A stretch of 64,000 nucleotides of DNA from Thalia democratica (lineage: Eukaryota). The stretch lies in contig OZ241832.1 in NCBI GenBank assembly GCA_965202585.1, positions 33,852,001-33,916,000 of the forward strand. The letters are read 5' to 3'. The notes under the pieces are model-generated. The model saw nothing but the letters and a program-made list of their open reading frames with translations. It searched no databases and was not told the DNA's origin. A program made the translations under genes and the position numbers. This document shows positions 40,001 to 55,000 of the stretch, in pieces (position 1 is the first letter of the stretch; every line of letters starts with the position of its first letter).

Positions 40001-43000
40001 CTTTGTAATATATATTTTTGTATCCTTAAATCTTAATAAAATTATTTTGTACAAATATACCTTTAAATTACCTAAAGAATTACTTAATGAAGTAAATAAT
40101 CAATATATAATTACTAGTTAAATGTATTTATTATTATTTTCAATTATAATACTGTTATTTAACTTAAATTCAATTATATAAATATATTATAAAAAAAAGT
40201 ACTTTAATTTATTTACAGTAATTAGTTATGGAAGCCGTCTTAGAAATTACTAGAAGTATTTATTTTACTTATTAAAAATACCTCTGTACACTTTTAAATA
40301 CTTAGAATTTTTTTTTTCAAATATTTTTTGCTTTGAAATACTGTATGAAATTTTATGTATTAAAATTTTAATTGTCTAAATAATTACCCAATATAAGCAG
40401 CTTACAGACATAATGACATTTAAACATCATCTCTAAACTTTTGAAACCAACTTTTTACTTGAAGTCACAAATTAAAGGAAGGAAAACCTGAGAAATAACA
40501 TATTAAACGAACAAACAAACAGAGATAGAAACTAATCACTTTTTGAGCGACACATAAACTTAAAAATACTACAATACCAATTCAATAACACGCTTTTATT
40601 AGACGAATAACAAAACAATACACTAGTTTTTTCTTCCACTTATTAGACGATTAACATTCTTTTAGTTATTTTTTCTTCTACCGCCACGCTGCTTCACCTG
40701 CAAAACGACCGTGCATCCCTCCGTCAAGTTGTGAAAAGCGAGCGTGTCGCCGTCTTTCGCGAACGAGCCGTCGACTCGCAGCTTCTGCTTCCCGCCCGGC
40801 ACCCGCGTTTCCTCGTGAACCAGAGCTTTGACGACCGAAACTTGGTCGGTCGATGGCAGCTCGAGCTGAAGGCGCTGCCCCCTGAGGTTCCACTCCGGTT
40901 TGTCCGGCATCGCGGGACACTGGACGAAGAACCGCACCGGACCCGGGTGCTGCCGGATGAAAGCGTCGGTGGAGACAAAGTCTCCTTCGGCGCGACATCT
41001 TTTAGCGGGCGGAGGCCCTTCTTGCTTCCGTTCTTCCAAAATTTTCTGCGCCACAGTTGGAGCTGGCGTCGCTACTTTTTGAACCTGTGGCAACTTCGTT
41101 ACACGTTTATCAAGATCGTTTACAACCACTCGCGGATCAGTCTCAAGTTGTCGACCGGCGGTTTCAGAAGTGACCACTCGAGTGTTTTTTCCAATTTTTT
41201 GGGGACCCATCTTTTCGTCGGTGAGCAAGCCAAGAGTCTTGCTCGCGTACTCGATCTGCTCTTCAGCGGTTACTCTGCTGCTCGCAAGTCTTTTCGCCTC
41301 TCTCCCGCTGCCCGAATGTCCGTCCCACTGGACTGAATTTTCAAGCTGTTTTTTTTCTCCAACCTTTTCTCCTATGGTCGTTTCTTCGACGCCGAAAATG
41401 TCAGTGCGTCGTACCGCTAAATTTCGCAAGTTAGCCGAAATGTCTTCGCCACCCGCAAAGACTTGGTCTTCGGCTCTCCGCTGCTGAATATTTCTCTCTC
41501 GCTCGTCTTTCCAGTTGGGATCGAGAAGATGGTGCTTGACGTGGCTTGCAAGCTCCGACGGTTTAATTTCCTGATTGGTGATTGGCGAAATCAACTTGAT
41601 CTCCACCTTGCGTTTGCTAGGCTGCTTTAGCTTTTTAGGGTCATAGTCCTTAATAACTATTTGTTTTGGAGGTTTCTGAGGATTGAGTTGAGCCACGCTA
41701 GTACTTTCTTCGTCTTCATCTATGTCCATGTCAGGTTGAAATTTTGCAGGCGTAGCACCTTTACGTTCAATATTTTCAGACTCTTCCCCGTATTTTTCGA
41801 TTCTTTCCTGCTGCAGCAGCCTGGCTCCCAGCTCGTCCACTGAAACGGGCTGCGGAAAGTTGCCTTCCTCCCCAACCAGTAAGTCCACCGTTTCAACCAC
41901 AACAAAGTCGTGCCAGTCGATCTGAGCGTAAATCTTTCGCTCCTTCTCCGCTCCCGCCTGCTCTTTTTGCTTCTGGCGCGCCTCGTGACGAGCCCACTCT
42001 GCCCTGCACTCGACGTCTTCGAGAATGAGCTTCGGGTTTTCGATTTCGTTTCTGAACTTTTCCACGCCGCTCTTTCGCGGGACGAGGACTTTTTTGTACT
42101 GCCCGACCATCTTCTGAAAGTAGCCGTGGAGCGAGTGTTTTAGGTTCAGAAAATCAAATTGGCCGTTCCTGGCTTCCTTGTTTGTTATTTGCCTTACAAA
42201 CTTCCCGCCGTTTTTAGCGGCGAACAGCGCGGTCAGGCGAACGACCTCCAGATCGTTGGCGGATATGGAGGGCGGATCGGCAAAATACTCATACTCGGAT
42301 GGAGAATCTATCAGTTGGAGTTTTTCAACAGCTGCGACCGGCCTTGCAGGAGCTTCTACGGGTCGAGGTGTCACCGCCGGTTCCACGCCCCTGCCCGCCG
42401 TGAAATCGCGGAGCTTGTGCCTGTAGTACGCGTGGTACGGATCGCTTTCCGATAAAAACCTGAATCTTTTATTGTTCCGCTCGTTCCGTCGTATCCTGGC
42501 CTCGAAAGCGGCGCCGTTCCTGCTGACGAACGCCGCTGTTTTGTCCACGATGTCCCTGACTTCGGGTTGGGGGTGGATTATGCCGACTGCTGGCCTTTCG
42601 TTTGCATCACCGCCTCCTACCCTTGTGTCCTCTTGTGCTGCACCCATTGTTGTTATTTATTTGAATATAACCTGAAATAAAGTAGGTCTTAAGCAAAAAT
42701 TGAAATAAAAAGTTAAGCTAAACACTTTTAGATATAAAACAGAGAACCTTTAATTGTCGAATAAAATAAGTAGTAAATAGTAGAACTTGGTAAAATCAGT
42801 AAATTTTAATTTAAAATAGTTCGGTCTAATAAATAAAATAAATAAATTTATGCACAGTAGGCTGAAAAAGGAGATCAAGCGGTATTTGATGTATAACTGT
42901 AACAAAAAGCATAATTATACTATTTAAACTTGCACTTAGTGTTATAAACAGAATGATGTTTGTTTTTATTTGAAAAATAGTTAGAGTTCTAATTTTTAAT

Positions 43001-46000
43001 GAAACTTTAGGATTAAAAAGAAAAAAAAAAGACTATCTCAAAAGAGTCACATTTATTCAGACAGTTTACTTCATTTTGGTTTTAAGTTTAGTTTTATCAT
43101 TTTTAGCAGGGTTACACAATAGTCTGAAAAAACCTATTTTTTATTGAAGATTTATCTTTGTAAATCAAAGTTTGTAATGTTACACTTGTAGTTTAATTAT
43201 TGAATGCGAATTTTTTTCATAAGTTTTGAACAATGGAAAAGTTTAATTCTTAACAAAACAGTACAGTTTAAAATTAACCGTTAAAGATAAAAAAGAACTG
43301 AAAAAATATTTTAGTTTGTGATTGAAAAACAAGTACTACGAATTTGTTGGAAAATCTAGAATTAATTTTTTAGCCGATACAAAAATGTGGAGATCTAGTA
43401 ACAGAAATAAAAAACTGCTATTGCAAAAGCTATTTAAATAACTTAAATAATAGTATTACAAAACGTTAAATTTGCTAAGATAGTAAAAGTAAATATTTCA
43501 ATAACTAAAACAACTTATGCTATGTGTATGAAACTACAAAGAATGTTTTTCAAGTTACTATAAAAATGCAAGAATAACTTCTGATGAAATTACATGACGA
43601 AATAAAACAAATATATCAATAAATAATTAATAATAGTTCCATTATATAAAAAAATCAATTTATAAATACTATTCTATCGATTTTTTTATAGAAATATCGC
43701 TGGTAAAAACTTGAAATTTTGTTATATTTCTATCGCTATAAATCTATGTAAATATTTCTTGTCTAATTCTTTTTCTAAAACAAAAAAAAGTTTTTTAATG
43801 GGTGTATTGAGAAATTTAACTCTTGAAAATACCGTTTATTGCCCTAAAAACACCAATAGATTATCGGAAAGAATAGCAGTTTTTTAATGAGAAATATTTT
43901 CTTTAATACCCAAAAATTTTTGACTTTAAAAAAAACTAAAACTTGATTAAAGAAAAGAAAGAAACCTAAAAAAAAGTGTTGTATAATTTTTTTAGATATT
44001 TTTAGCAAATTCTGCAGGCCTTAATTTTGACATAGATTAAATTTTTTTTTGATTTATTTGAAACTTCAAAATAGAAAAAAATTGCTTTATTTAAGCTTAT
44101 GTAATTTTCAATATATTTAAAACAAATTGGAACCAAACAAAAAAGTTTTTAAAAATAAAATAAACCTTCTCTAAAATTTAAGTTCTAAAAAGATAACATA
44201 AAACTTTTAGTTTAACACTTTTTAGTCACTAAAATCGTCAATGGCCGCTTGCTAGCCCATTGTGAACTGTTCACTAAACTAATCTTAGTATACACACATA
44301 ACATTAAAATTTTTATTGTCTCAACTGTTTCAAAAAACTTCAACACAGTTATGTTTTACAATTTTTATAAACCAAATCCTTTATTATTGTTCTAAACTAC
44401 TACTGATTCAATGAAAAGTTTTCTGCTTTAACACATTTTTAATTCCAGAATTTAATTTTTGTGTTCATTGCTAGTTCGAAGCAATGAACACAAAAATAAA
44501 TAAATAGCTATAAACGTATATTAGTACTTAATAACTTTTTAATGTGTTTTATCATATTTCGTTTAATTTGACACTCATTGAAACAAATGGCTATTCTGAC
44601 ATTTAAATATTTATGTAGAAAGTTCCAAAAAATAGATAAATAAGAGGAGGCGTGTTTACACTGATTTCTTGGAGCCTGTGCTACTACAGAAAAAAAAACT
44701 ATTATTCACTAAAATAATTGTAAAACCTGAAACTCAGGCCTGCCATTTTCCAATTCAATAGTTATACAATCATTTTGAAAGTTACTCGAGCGTCCAAATA
44801 AACGTTAAATAAGTTTACAGTGTTCAGTTTTCATAACAACATTAGCATTCTGGAAACCATGCAGAAACAATACACATATTAATAGATTTTGTTGTGGCTT
44901 TTTGCTAAGCATTTAAATCATGAATGTTAAATTCATAAGATGCAAACATTTGAGTCATTAATTTTTTTCTAAGCTAATCTCGCAATCAATTAGAACTAAA
45001 TTAAAGGTTTTAGTCTTTGTGAAGCCATAGCAAATTTTTAATTTTCGTGAGTCTGTTTATAAGGGTAACTCTCTTTACTAATTTGCTCTAAGTTTTCAAA
45101 ACTTTATGTTTGTATTAGTAAATAAAATGATGATGTAGCTTGTCTTTAGCACACAAAATAAAATCAAGCTGTAGTTTAAATACAGGCTTTGTATAAACAT
45201 CAAATTAGTGCGAGCTGGTCTGTAAATTATTAATCTTACCCAGTTAACCTGTGTTTACTTTTGTAATTCAAACTTTTTTACAAATTTACAGATTACCAGA
45301 AACCCAGCGTATATATTATAAATGATATCAGTTGAAAGGTTTTTGTTTTCTTGTGACCTTTTTTCCAGTTCTATAATTTTGTTGCTACTTAAAACTTGAT
45401 TGGATTATTAACTATTTATTTATTTATTTATTTATACAGGGTTGCCACTCTTTGAGCCAAAAAATCTTCCCTGAGTGACCAAAAATTTCCCTGAGTTTCC
45501 CTGAGTATTTTTCAAATTAAAAATTTTTTTTTTTCTCTTCTAACACAAATTATTAATACCTCATTCTCATTTTTCTTCTTTAATAATAAAAGGAAGGTTG
45601 TATGTGTATGCTTCTGCATTAAATTTATGAAAAAAACTGTTTTCAAAAACTCAATCTTAAAAGGTTTAAACCAATTAAAAATTAGAAACTAAATTTTTGC
45701 ACAACTTTGTGTAAACTTGTTAGTTAACTTTCTACATAAAAGAATAAAGTTTAATTTGTTTGACATTTTAATTGACAAAATTTAATTATACTATAATAAT
45801 ATGAATTGATAAATTTCACATGAAGAACTCACTTAAATTCATACATAATAAGTTCATTATGACTTGTATGTCTTTCCTAGCAACTGTTCTGAATGCAGTA
45901 AATAAAACTTAAAAGCTTAACATTATTGTAAAAAAACCTGCAAAAAGAAAGTTTAAAGAAATAGCTAAAGAAATATCTCATATCAAAGTACAACTTAATA

Positions 46001-49000
46001 CCTAACAACTGATACAAAATAATCTAAAATTAATTTTTTTTTATGTCTTTTAGATGTTCATACACAATCTATTTTAAATAACTGAAAACATAATTTTGAT
46101 TTTAAAACAATTTCACATTACCTAATAAAAAAATCTTAATACTGTTTTTTTAAGTATGCAATTTCTAAATCAATAGTTTTAATTTTATTTTCAAGTTTAT
46201 TTGCGTTGTCCTTAGCAGCTATTCCTCTTGCTAATAATTCTTTACCCATTCCAATTAGACATGCCGGATTTAAAACAGCAGCCCTTCTTAAAAAGTTCAA
46301 ACCAACAGTCATTCTTGTTTTATTTTTTTTTATTATAGCAAATATAAAAAGTTTACATTCATTGTGAAATGACTTGAACAAAATGTTAGAAACTTTACCT
46401 TGATTTAGCAAATCTTGAATTAAAGTAGAAGCAGCACATCCTAACTCTACATCTTTTTTGTGAAAACTTTTATTTTGAAAATGCTCATTATTTAGTTCAA
46501 GTAGCTTTTTTTCCATTTGAATGGGCTTCCATGGAAGAAGTAGTAAAAACAATATTCATTAACTTGTATACTAACTTCTGTATATCATCATACATGAAAG
46601 GAATGCTTGGGCTGTTTTCCTGATACCTTGTTAAATATGGAACCAAAATTGAGGCAACAAAGCTAAAAAAATTCAATTTCACAACTATTAATACATCATC
46701 CTTTATAGCATTGCTTATAGTTATAAAATCTTGACCTGGTGGCTGTTTGTAACCAGGTAGTTTTTTCCAGTACTGTACCATTTTAACAACATTAGGCCAA
46801 ATTAAAATGGCTCTGTCAGCTACCTGCTTTGACTCTAACCATCTTGTGGCGCAAAATGATAAAGGAAAGGTGGTTGACCCAGTTTCAGTTACATAGTTTC
46901 ATTTATATCTCTTCTGGCCGTTGTGTGATCAAATAAGCAATGGAGATGTTTTAAAACTTTTTTTATTTTCCAAGGTGTAGCTTCAACACCGGACTTGAAT
47001 GCACCAGGAATAATGTGCAAGCTGCAGGACCCTGTGTTAATAAGTTGAGGTAGACCTGAAGCCTCTCTATCAAAGTCAACTTTTTTTGCAAGAGCAACGT
47101 TCACATTTGGTCCATCCATTGAAATTTGGATCAAGTTTTTTAGGTTTAACTCTTGAATTTCGGTCAATAGGGCTTTATTTAAATTATCTGCAGTACAGTG
47201 ACCTAAAAAAGCTGAAGTAAAATATTGACAGTGTACTTTTTTTTTCTTCATGCATCTCACCACCAAATCTAGTTGAGTTTTTTGCAAGACTTTATTGAAA
47301 CACTCATCAAATGAAATGGAATAAAAAGACGGGCACAAAACTGTTTTTTTTAAGACATCTTTAAAAAAAAAGGGGCTATACCAAAGTTAGTTATATATGA
47401 ATATTTGGTTCTATTCATGCAGAACTTTTTTGCAATTTCACTATCAGGAAACATGGTAGTGAATAAAGTGTTATTATTATCGCAAGAGTTTCCTGACCAG
47501 TTTTCTTTTGTACACTTTAGAGCCCAATAAATTTCAGCAGCTGTTGAAGAAGTTGCAGCTGATATATTAGTTGAACTATTAGCCCCACCAAAATAAGAAG
47601 TAATTGCATTATTTTTACTCTTAGAGGCTTTAAATTTAAGATGTTTTTTCGACATACTGTGCGATTTCAATGCCCTTATACCCATGTTGGATAAGGCCAT
47701 TGGTGTATCATCACCACACCACTTACATTTAAACTTCTCTTTGTCTACATCCTCAGGTAACCAATCTTTGAAGTCTTCATGGTTAAGCCAACTTTTTTTA
47801 AACAAGGTTTTAAACTGTACTTTACTCATAATACTTAAAAAAGCTTTTAAATTAAATCTGCAAAAAAGTTGTAAAGTATATTAAAACATTCACACTAAAA
47901 AATTAATTACCATTACTGCTACTACTTTTGAAATTATTATTTATAAACAAAAATTTAACCTCTATTTTTTTAACAAAAGTAATACAACACTAATCTGTAT
48001 TCATTTTAATTTTTTTTACTGAAAACTAGTAGTTGTAAACAAATAACAAATAACTTTATTATTTAAAAAATAAGATCTAATAGTACAACATAGTGTTTTT
48101 TAAACTACATAAGTAACTAAAATTAAAAAGTTTATTAGAACTTTTCAATGAATAGTTAACAACAACTTTAATTTCTCTAAACTGTTTGATTTTACTTAAG
48201 TAAATATAAATTTAAAACTTAAAAAAACTACAATGTTAACTATACTATACTAAGAATATTGAAGAACTAGCCGCTTCTAAATAACCACTTAAATAATAAA
48301 AATTACTACTTTTGAACAAAATATTGAAACTGGATTAACTTAACCTCATTCTAGATCTAGAAAAAATTTCCCTGAGATTTTTAAAAACTTCCCTGAAATT
48401 TAGAGAAAAAATCAAAACTTCTCTGAGTTTCCCTGAGTTAAAAGAAAAATGCCAAAATTCCTTGAGTTTCCCTGAGTTTCCCTGAGATTTTCTACAGTTT
48501 GAAAATTCTCTGAGTTCCCTGAGTGTGTGGCAACCCTGTTTATAGCCTTAATAAAACCATGGCTGTACAAAGAATACAAAACAATTTTTTTTTTCTAAAA
48601 CATTTTAGAAAATTTATCATAAAAACTATAACTAGTTAAAAACTAAATCTTATAGTTTTTCGGCCTAATTTAAACACACATGCAAAATATATTTGTAAGA
48701 AACAAAATAAAAAGAAACTTATAAAAGTATATATTTTAAACAAAACTGATAATACAAGGTTGCCAAACTATTTTGTAAATAAACAGCCTTAGTAATTAAA
48801 AACTAATAATAATAAAATATATAACAACACATTTATCTGTAAAGCAATTCTTAATAGTATATAAAAACACTTTAATTAAATAACTTTTTTGGGGTAAAAT
48901 TTTTATATTTTTTATATAAAGTCATTTAAAGCATATACATTTGTTAAAACTAGTTTTTAAATTTATAGTTTTTCTTTTTAGTTTACTTTTTAGCTACTTT

Positions 49001-52000
49001 TTTATTTAAACACAGAGTTGCCTCTAAACTTGAAATCTTGCTTTAGACTTTACAAAATTACCTTACATGAATGTTTTTATAAATAAACTTTAACAAACCA
49101 TTCACACAAAACCCTGAAATAAAAATTATTTTAATCAGTTCATGTTCAGCACATTTGTATTTTTAATGAAAAAATGGTCTTCCCTAGTTACATAATAATT
49201 CAAATTCTTACAAATAAATTTTTAATAAGGTGCTGAAAGGGCAACAACTCAAGAGTAATATATGTATTAAACTCAAAATGCTCTATGTTGGTCTTAATAA
49301 TTTTTAATGGTAAAAATGAATTCAAAAAATTTTTTCAAAAAGTACTACTTTTTGTAAGTTTTGAAGCTTAATTTAGCCATATCTCAAAAAATAGTTGAAA
49401 TTCTAATAAAGTCAAAAATTCTCATGTAGGTTAAAAGTATAAATATTATGATGGTAAAATACTTTTTATTTATTTTCATAGTTTTTAGTGTATATTACAA
49501 AAGATAATTAACAAAAACTTAGAATTGTTATAAGTTGAAGTGTTGGTGCAGGTCATTATATTATTTATTTTATGATTAGATTGTAATCATTTAATGGTGA
49601 TATTTTAGTAAAAGATAGATTATTTAAAATTTAATTTAGACACATATAAGTATTAGTTGAAGTTTTTTAGTAATCATGTGTTTTTATATTTAAATATTTT
49701 TTAACCAAATAGTTTTACTTATACCAAATGTAGGTACTTATAAGAAATAAATTGGAAAAACCTAATTTTCTTTAGTCACCATTTTTACGACTTGCAGATA
49801 TACATACTTATTTTTAAATAGCAGATTTTTTATACAATTTAGATAAAATATTCTTTATAGTTTTTTATTTTAGAAATCCTAAAAAGAACTAAGGTTTACT
49901 AGAAGTTTGTTAATAAAATGGTCAAAGATTTATAAAGAAATTAGTTTTCAGAGTTGTACTTACTGTTAAATAACATTAGTTACTCAAATTATAAGAAAAA
50001 AATAAATAATTAAATAAATTAGTACTATGTTATAAAAACAAAAACAGTTGCAAAATAAATTTATACTAATTTATACATTAAGAAAACAGGTATTCAGTTA
50101 TATTTGTTTTGTACAACTAAGTTTCACTATTTAAACGCAGATCTTCAAGTACAATGATTAAACTTGATTAAACTAATGATTGATTAAACATTCTATTTAT
50201 TTACTTATTAAACATCGGAAAATTTTTACAAAAATTACAATATTTCAAAAGTTGAATAAGATTTTTTAATTCTATAAAAACTGGCTTGTAGATTGTACTT
50301 CAAGCTTTCATATAAGATCATATGTTATTTTTAGTGAAAAAAAATGTTGGATCCCCCCTATGCCCTTAAACAATGACCAGAAACACTTAATGTATAGATA
50401 GATTGGAACTTTATAGTAATTAGTAATGATAAAAATTTTTAAGTATTTTTAAGTATTAGACTAAAATTCAAATAGATTAAGCATTTAGCACAAATTCACA
50501 AAAAGTATAAAACACATAAAAAATCTAGAAAAACTACAAACGCAATTTAATCAACAAAAAAATAGAGGACAATTTAATATGAGGGCTCAAGGCAGCAGGC
50601 TATGATCTACTAGTTCATAAAACTAAACAAAAGGTCTGTCTATCTATAAACTAACCAAACCTATCTTTATATCTTAAATGTAGTGTAAAATAAATGATAT
50701 TACAAGATTAGAAGAAGTAAATCTGAGTTATTTTTGTGTAAAATACTAAATGTTAACCATTCAAAATCTTCAGTAAATTATAATTATCAGGGCAGTAAAG
50801 CTAATTTACTTTAATAAGCTACTTGTTATTTTTGAGAAATAATTATGTTTTTAAAGTTTACTTATATTTATAATATAAGTTATTTAATGAACTTTATAAA
50901 TGAAACTGTGTACCTAAAACAAATTACAAGGTTCTAAAGGCATAATTTGATCAAATTTTGAATATAAACTATTTGTTAGATGTTAAAAAGTACACCACAG
51001 AAAGTAACATCAACATACTTTTGAAGAACATTTCAACACATTTATTTATAAATTTTAAAGAGTAAATTTTAGTATGGTTAGTAGCAGGGGACGGCAGACA
51101 CTTGGTGGTCGCGGGCCAAATTACGAAAATAAAATAACCCAATACAATAGATAATAATTAAGGGCATAGGGGGGTCCACCTCGATTTTTACAAGTTGATC
51201 TTATTTTATAGACAATTATATGAGATATCAGACATTTTTAACCGCTTGAAAAAGTTCAAAATTTCGAGATAAGAGCGATCAAAGTTGGTGACCTCAATAG
51301 GTTCCTTATAGAAGGCGCAAAGTAAAAACGCAAAAAAAGACCATTTCACTAAAAATCTATCTCCTCCTTTGTTTTTCAACTAATCTTCTTCAAATTTTCA
51401 CAGAAAGTGCATTATTAAGTTTTAAAGAGATTAAATGCAGCAATTTTTTTATTTTTGAAAATTAAAATTTTTATTAAAAAAAAAACACTTTTTTTTTGGT
51501 TTTTTTATCTAAAACTTTTATTTTTCAATATTTCTAGCATTCCAAAATTCAAAGTCTTTTAAACTAAGAAAGAAACGTTTCCTAAAAGTTTGAGGTCTCT
51601 ATCTCAAAAAATGAAGGAGAAGATAGATTTTTAGTGATTTTTTAAATTTACGAGAAAATTGACCCTGATAAATTTGCGGTCCATACGTTTGTATCGGAAT
51701 TTTTTTATAAAAATTACAATATTTCAAAAGTTAAAAAAGATTTTTTAATTCTATAAAAACTGGCTTGTAGATTGTACTTCAAGCTTTCGTATAAGATCAT
51801 ATGTTATTTTTAGTGAAAAAAATGTTGGGATCCCCCTTATGCTCTTAATAACCAATCTTGTTCAACTTTTTACAGTAAGTCCATTACTGATATTTGATTT
51901 TTTCAATGTAGGATTTTTTTACTTTCGAAAAATTATTATTTAAAAAAATGTTTGTTTTGCTTTTGTTTCTAAACTTTTTATTGGATTTCTAACATTCTAA

Positions 52001-55000
52001 GTCTTTTAAAGTAAATAATGAATTTTTCTGAAAATTCAGGTCTCTTGCTCAAAAATTAAGAAACAAACGTATTTTTTGTGAACTTTGAAATTATCAGGAA
52101 AATTTGCAGTAAGTATGTATTGGTACTTAGAAAAACACTTTAACAAAGTTTATATATTCTATGAAAATATGAATAAGAGTCAATGTTATTTTTTCTAATA
52201 AAAAAACTCTTATCCGCCCTATGTCCTTAACTTTTCAGTAGTATTAAAATTTTTCTTAGTTTACATCGCATTTCAAAGAGTTATTTGTTCAAAATCTCTA
52301 TTTTTTTTTCATTATTGTTCTAGAGTGTAATTTTTTTGTAAATTTTTTTCTTTCATAAGTTTATGTAAAGTTTAATTGTAGTTCATACAAAGGTTGGTAT
52401 GTAGCTTTCTTAAGTTCTAGTTTTTTTATAAAGATATTTTTTACGTAATTTTAAGTATAATGAAGTAGTAAATTTAATTTTAAATTTTTTAAAATGTACA
52501 ACGAGTTCAAAACTTAAACAAAAACTTGAATAGAAAGTGAATTAAACGTTTTTAAGAATTACAGTTTTTGTATAATAGTAATTCTGATTGATTACTTAAT
52601 AGTGTATTAGCCTTAAACATACACTTTGAAAAAAATCAATCGAATTATAATAAAACTGTGTTTGTTATAGCAGTGCCAATGTTTACATGTTTAATAAATT
52701 ACAGCAAATGTGTAATGTAAACACAAAGAAGTTCGAGACTTTAACAAAAACTTGAATAGAAAGTGAATTTAACGTTTTTAAGAATTACAGTTTTTTTTAT
52801 AATAATATTTATGATTGTTTACTTTTTGTATTAACCTCAAACATACACTTTGAAAAAAAATCAATTGAGGTATAATAAAACTGCTTTTTATAGCAGTGCC
52901 AATGTTTACATATTTAAATAATTACAGCAAATTTTCTAACTCAATAAATTTGCATCAATTCGCTGTAATTATTTAAGTATGTAAACATTGGTACTGCTAT
53001 AACAAACACATTTTTACTATAACTCAATTGATTTTTTTTTCAAAGTGTATGTTTAAGGTTAATACACTAACAAGTAATCAATCAAAAATATTATTATAAC
53101 AAAAATATAATTCTTAAAACCGTTTAATTCACTTTCTATTCAAGTTTTGTATTTAAATAATGTAAACGTATTTACATACCAAAAGTTTTAACCTTTGATC
53201 CAATCTAGTTTATGTTATACAATGATCTCACGCTATAATACGCACTTCCAGTTGAGCAGGCACTTTTCACCTAAAAAACTTTGTGCCAAAGAGCTACTTT
53301 TTCACTTCAACATTGAAAAAACCTGTAAAAAAGAATAATAAATAAGTTTTATCGTTAACCTTAAAGCTTAAATTTCAATTGAAAGAATACCTGTCAAAGT
53401 ATTAACTAAAATGCAGTATATTCTTTAAATATTGAAGGTGTTTCTTTTTTAATTTTCAATTTTGACGTTTAAAGCCTGGTTTTAAATAATTTAAATCCTT
53501 AGAATCCTACTTAACTTAAAGCTTTTTTATAAGTGTTTTAAGCGCGGGTAAAAAAAAAGTAAGAAAAAGAAACTGTATAACTTATTATCTCAAAAGTTAC
53601 ATAATTTACAAAAACTTAGATAAAACACAACATAAAGACAAAGTAAGTAACAATGATAGTCATTTAGTTGTCCTCAGGCTTCTTATCCTTGGGGTTCTTG
53701 TCCTTGTGCCTGTTGTCCTCGGGCATCTTCTATTCCGGCGTTTCTCTTCCGATTTCTTCTTCTACGGTGGTTTATTTAGCAGTAACGAATTGTTTTAATT
53801 CGCTTGTTCTTCTCTAAACTTCAAATTCAAAAATTCATCGAATTCACTTGTTGACATAGAAAATATTCATCTTTTCATTTCCCATCATTGTAGTATTCAT
53901 TTGAAAGAATTCATTCCAAAAAATACGCGGCTCAAAAAAAAAAGTTGAGATATTCTTTCAAGAAAGTTTAGTAAAAACTACTATGTTATTAGGCCAAACG
54001 ACAATAACGAAACTTTCAGTATTTACTTTCAAACCCATTTTTTTATACAAAACAAAACAAAAATTAAGCATTTAAAGATGCATTAAAAGAAAATTAATAG
54101 TTTAAAAAACATGAAAAACTTTAATTTTGTTTTTAACTTAGAAAAACATATGTTCTTAATATTTAACTCGCAAACTTTAATAAACAAAACAGAAAACATT
54201 TTCTTTAAAATATTTTACAAAACAATAAGTAGTATTTTCATGCACAAACTTTTAAAGGATTCAAATATAAAATATCTCAAAAAGCAACACGAGCAATTTC
54301 TAAGCATTATAGAAATTTTAAAGAGAAAAATTTAGCGAGTGCTTTTTTTCGATCGTTAACAGTCAAAACTAAATGGGAGTTGAAAGTATTTTTAAATTCA
54401 AATTTATAGGAAAAGTTTATCACGAGTCGAATTTGAAAGCTTTAAACTTGAACTTGATTATTTTAAAAGCTAAAAAAATCTGGTAATTCAGTTTTGTTTT
54501 AAAGTTAGAGTGAAATGTAGTTACTAAAATCTCAATATAAAAATAGGCTTATAAAACTTTTTTATAATATAATTGTTATGTCTTAGCTTTTAATTAATTA
54601 GTACCAAGCTGTAATTTATAATATAAAAAACTTCATAACACATCATTAAAAGTAAAAAAGCTATAAACTTTACAATTCAGAAATTTTATCAGAAAAGAAC
54701 ACAAAATAAATAGACTTAATAGTTTCTTTCAGTTTGAATTCTTAAAAATATTACCTGAGTTTGAAAAAATTTAAAATAGATTTTCATGTTAATAAAAAGT
54801 TACAACTATTTACCTTTATTAAAGTCTGTTTCCTTAGCTTTGTGAAAATATTTATATTTTATCTTCAAAAGGCTTTATGATAAATGTTAAAAGTTTTAGA
54901 CCTGCTATTAGTAATTCTGACTCTTTTTGTTCTGTGTTATAATTTCTTTTTTGTCAAAGGAATTAAGTACTGCCAAATTGTTTTTCTCTTTAGCTAATAT

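Noticed and set aside
40678-42675. Overlapping alternative-frame and antisense ORFs within SF3A1 (e.g. 201 aa at 40731-41336)
   Set aside because: Shadow ORFs expected from GC-rich coding sequence; no recognisable motifs.
43581-43612. CTGATGA...GACGAAA hammerhead-like spacing
   Set aside because: No stem II pairing and no stems I/III; chance match.
44640-44830. Minus-strand patch resembling a laminin-G strand ([15 protein letters not shown])
   Set aside because: Bounded by stops, no consistent splice model, too short to support.
53640-53940. GC-elevated block downstream of the Gag-CSD ORF as a possible 3' LTR or second ORF
   Set aside because: No similarity to the putative 5' LTR at 56822-57272, and all frames are interrupted by stops.
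54111-54335. Short AT-rich ORFs of 60-95 aa throughout the window (e.g. 3798, 7100, 10143, 17259, 21529, 27185, 35579, 54111)
   Set aside because: Compositionally biased (F/L/K/I/N), many start at non-ATG codons, and several lie inside MITEs; consistent with random ORFs.
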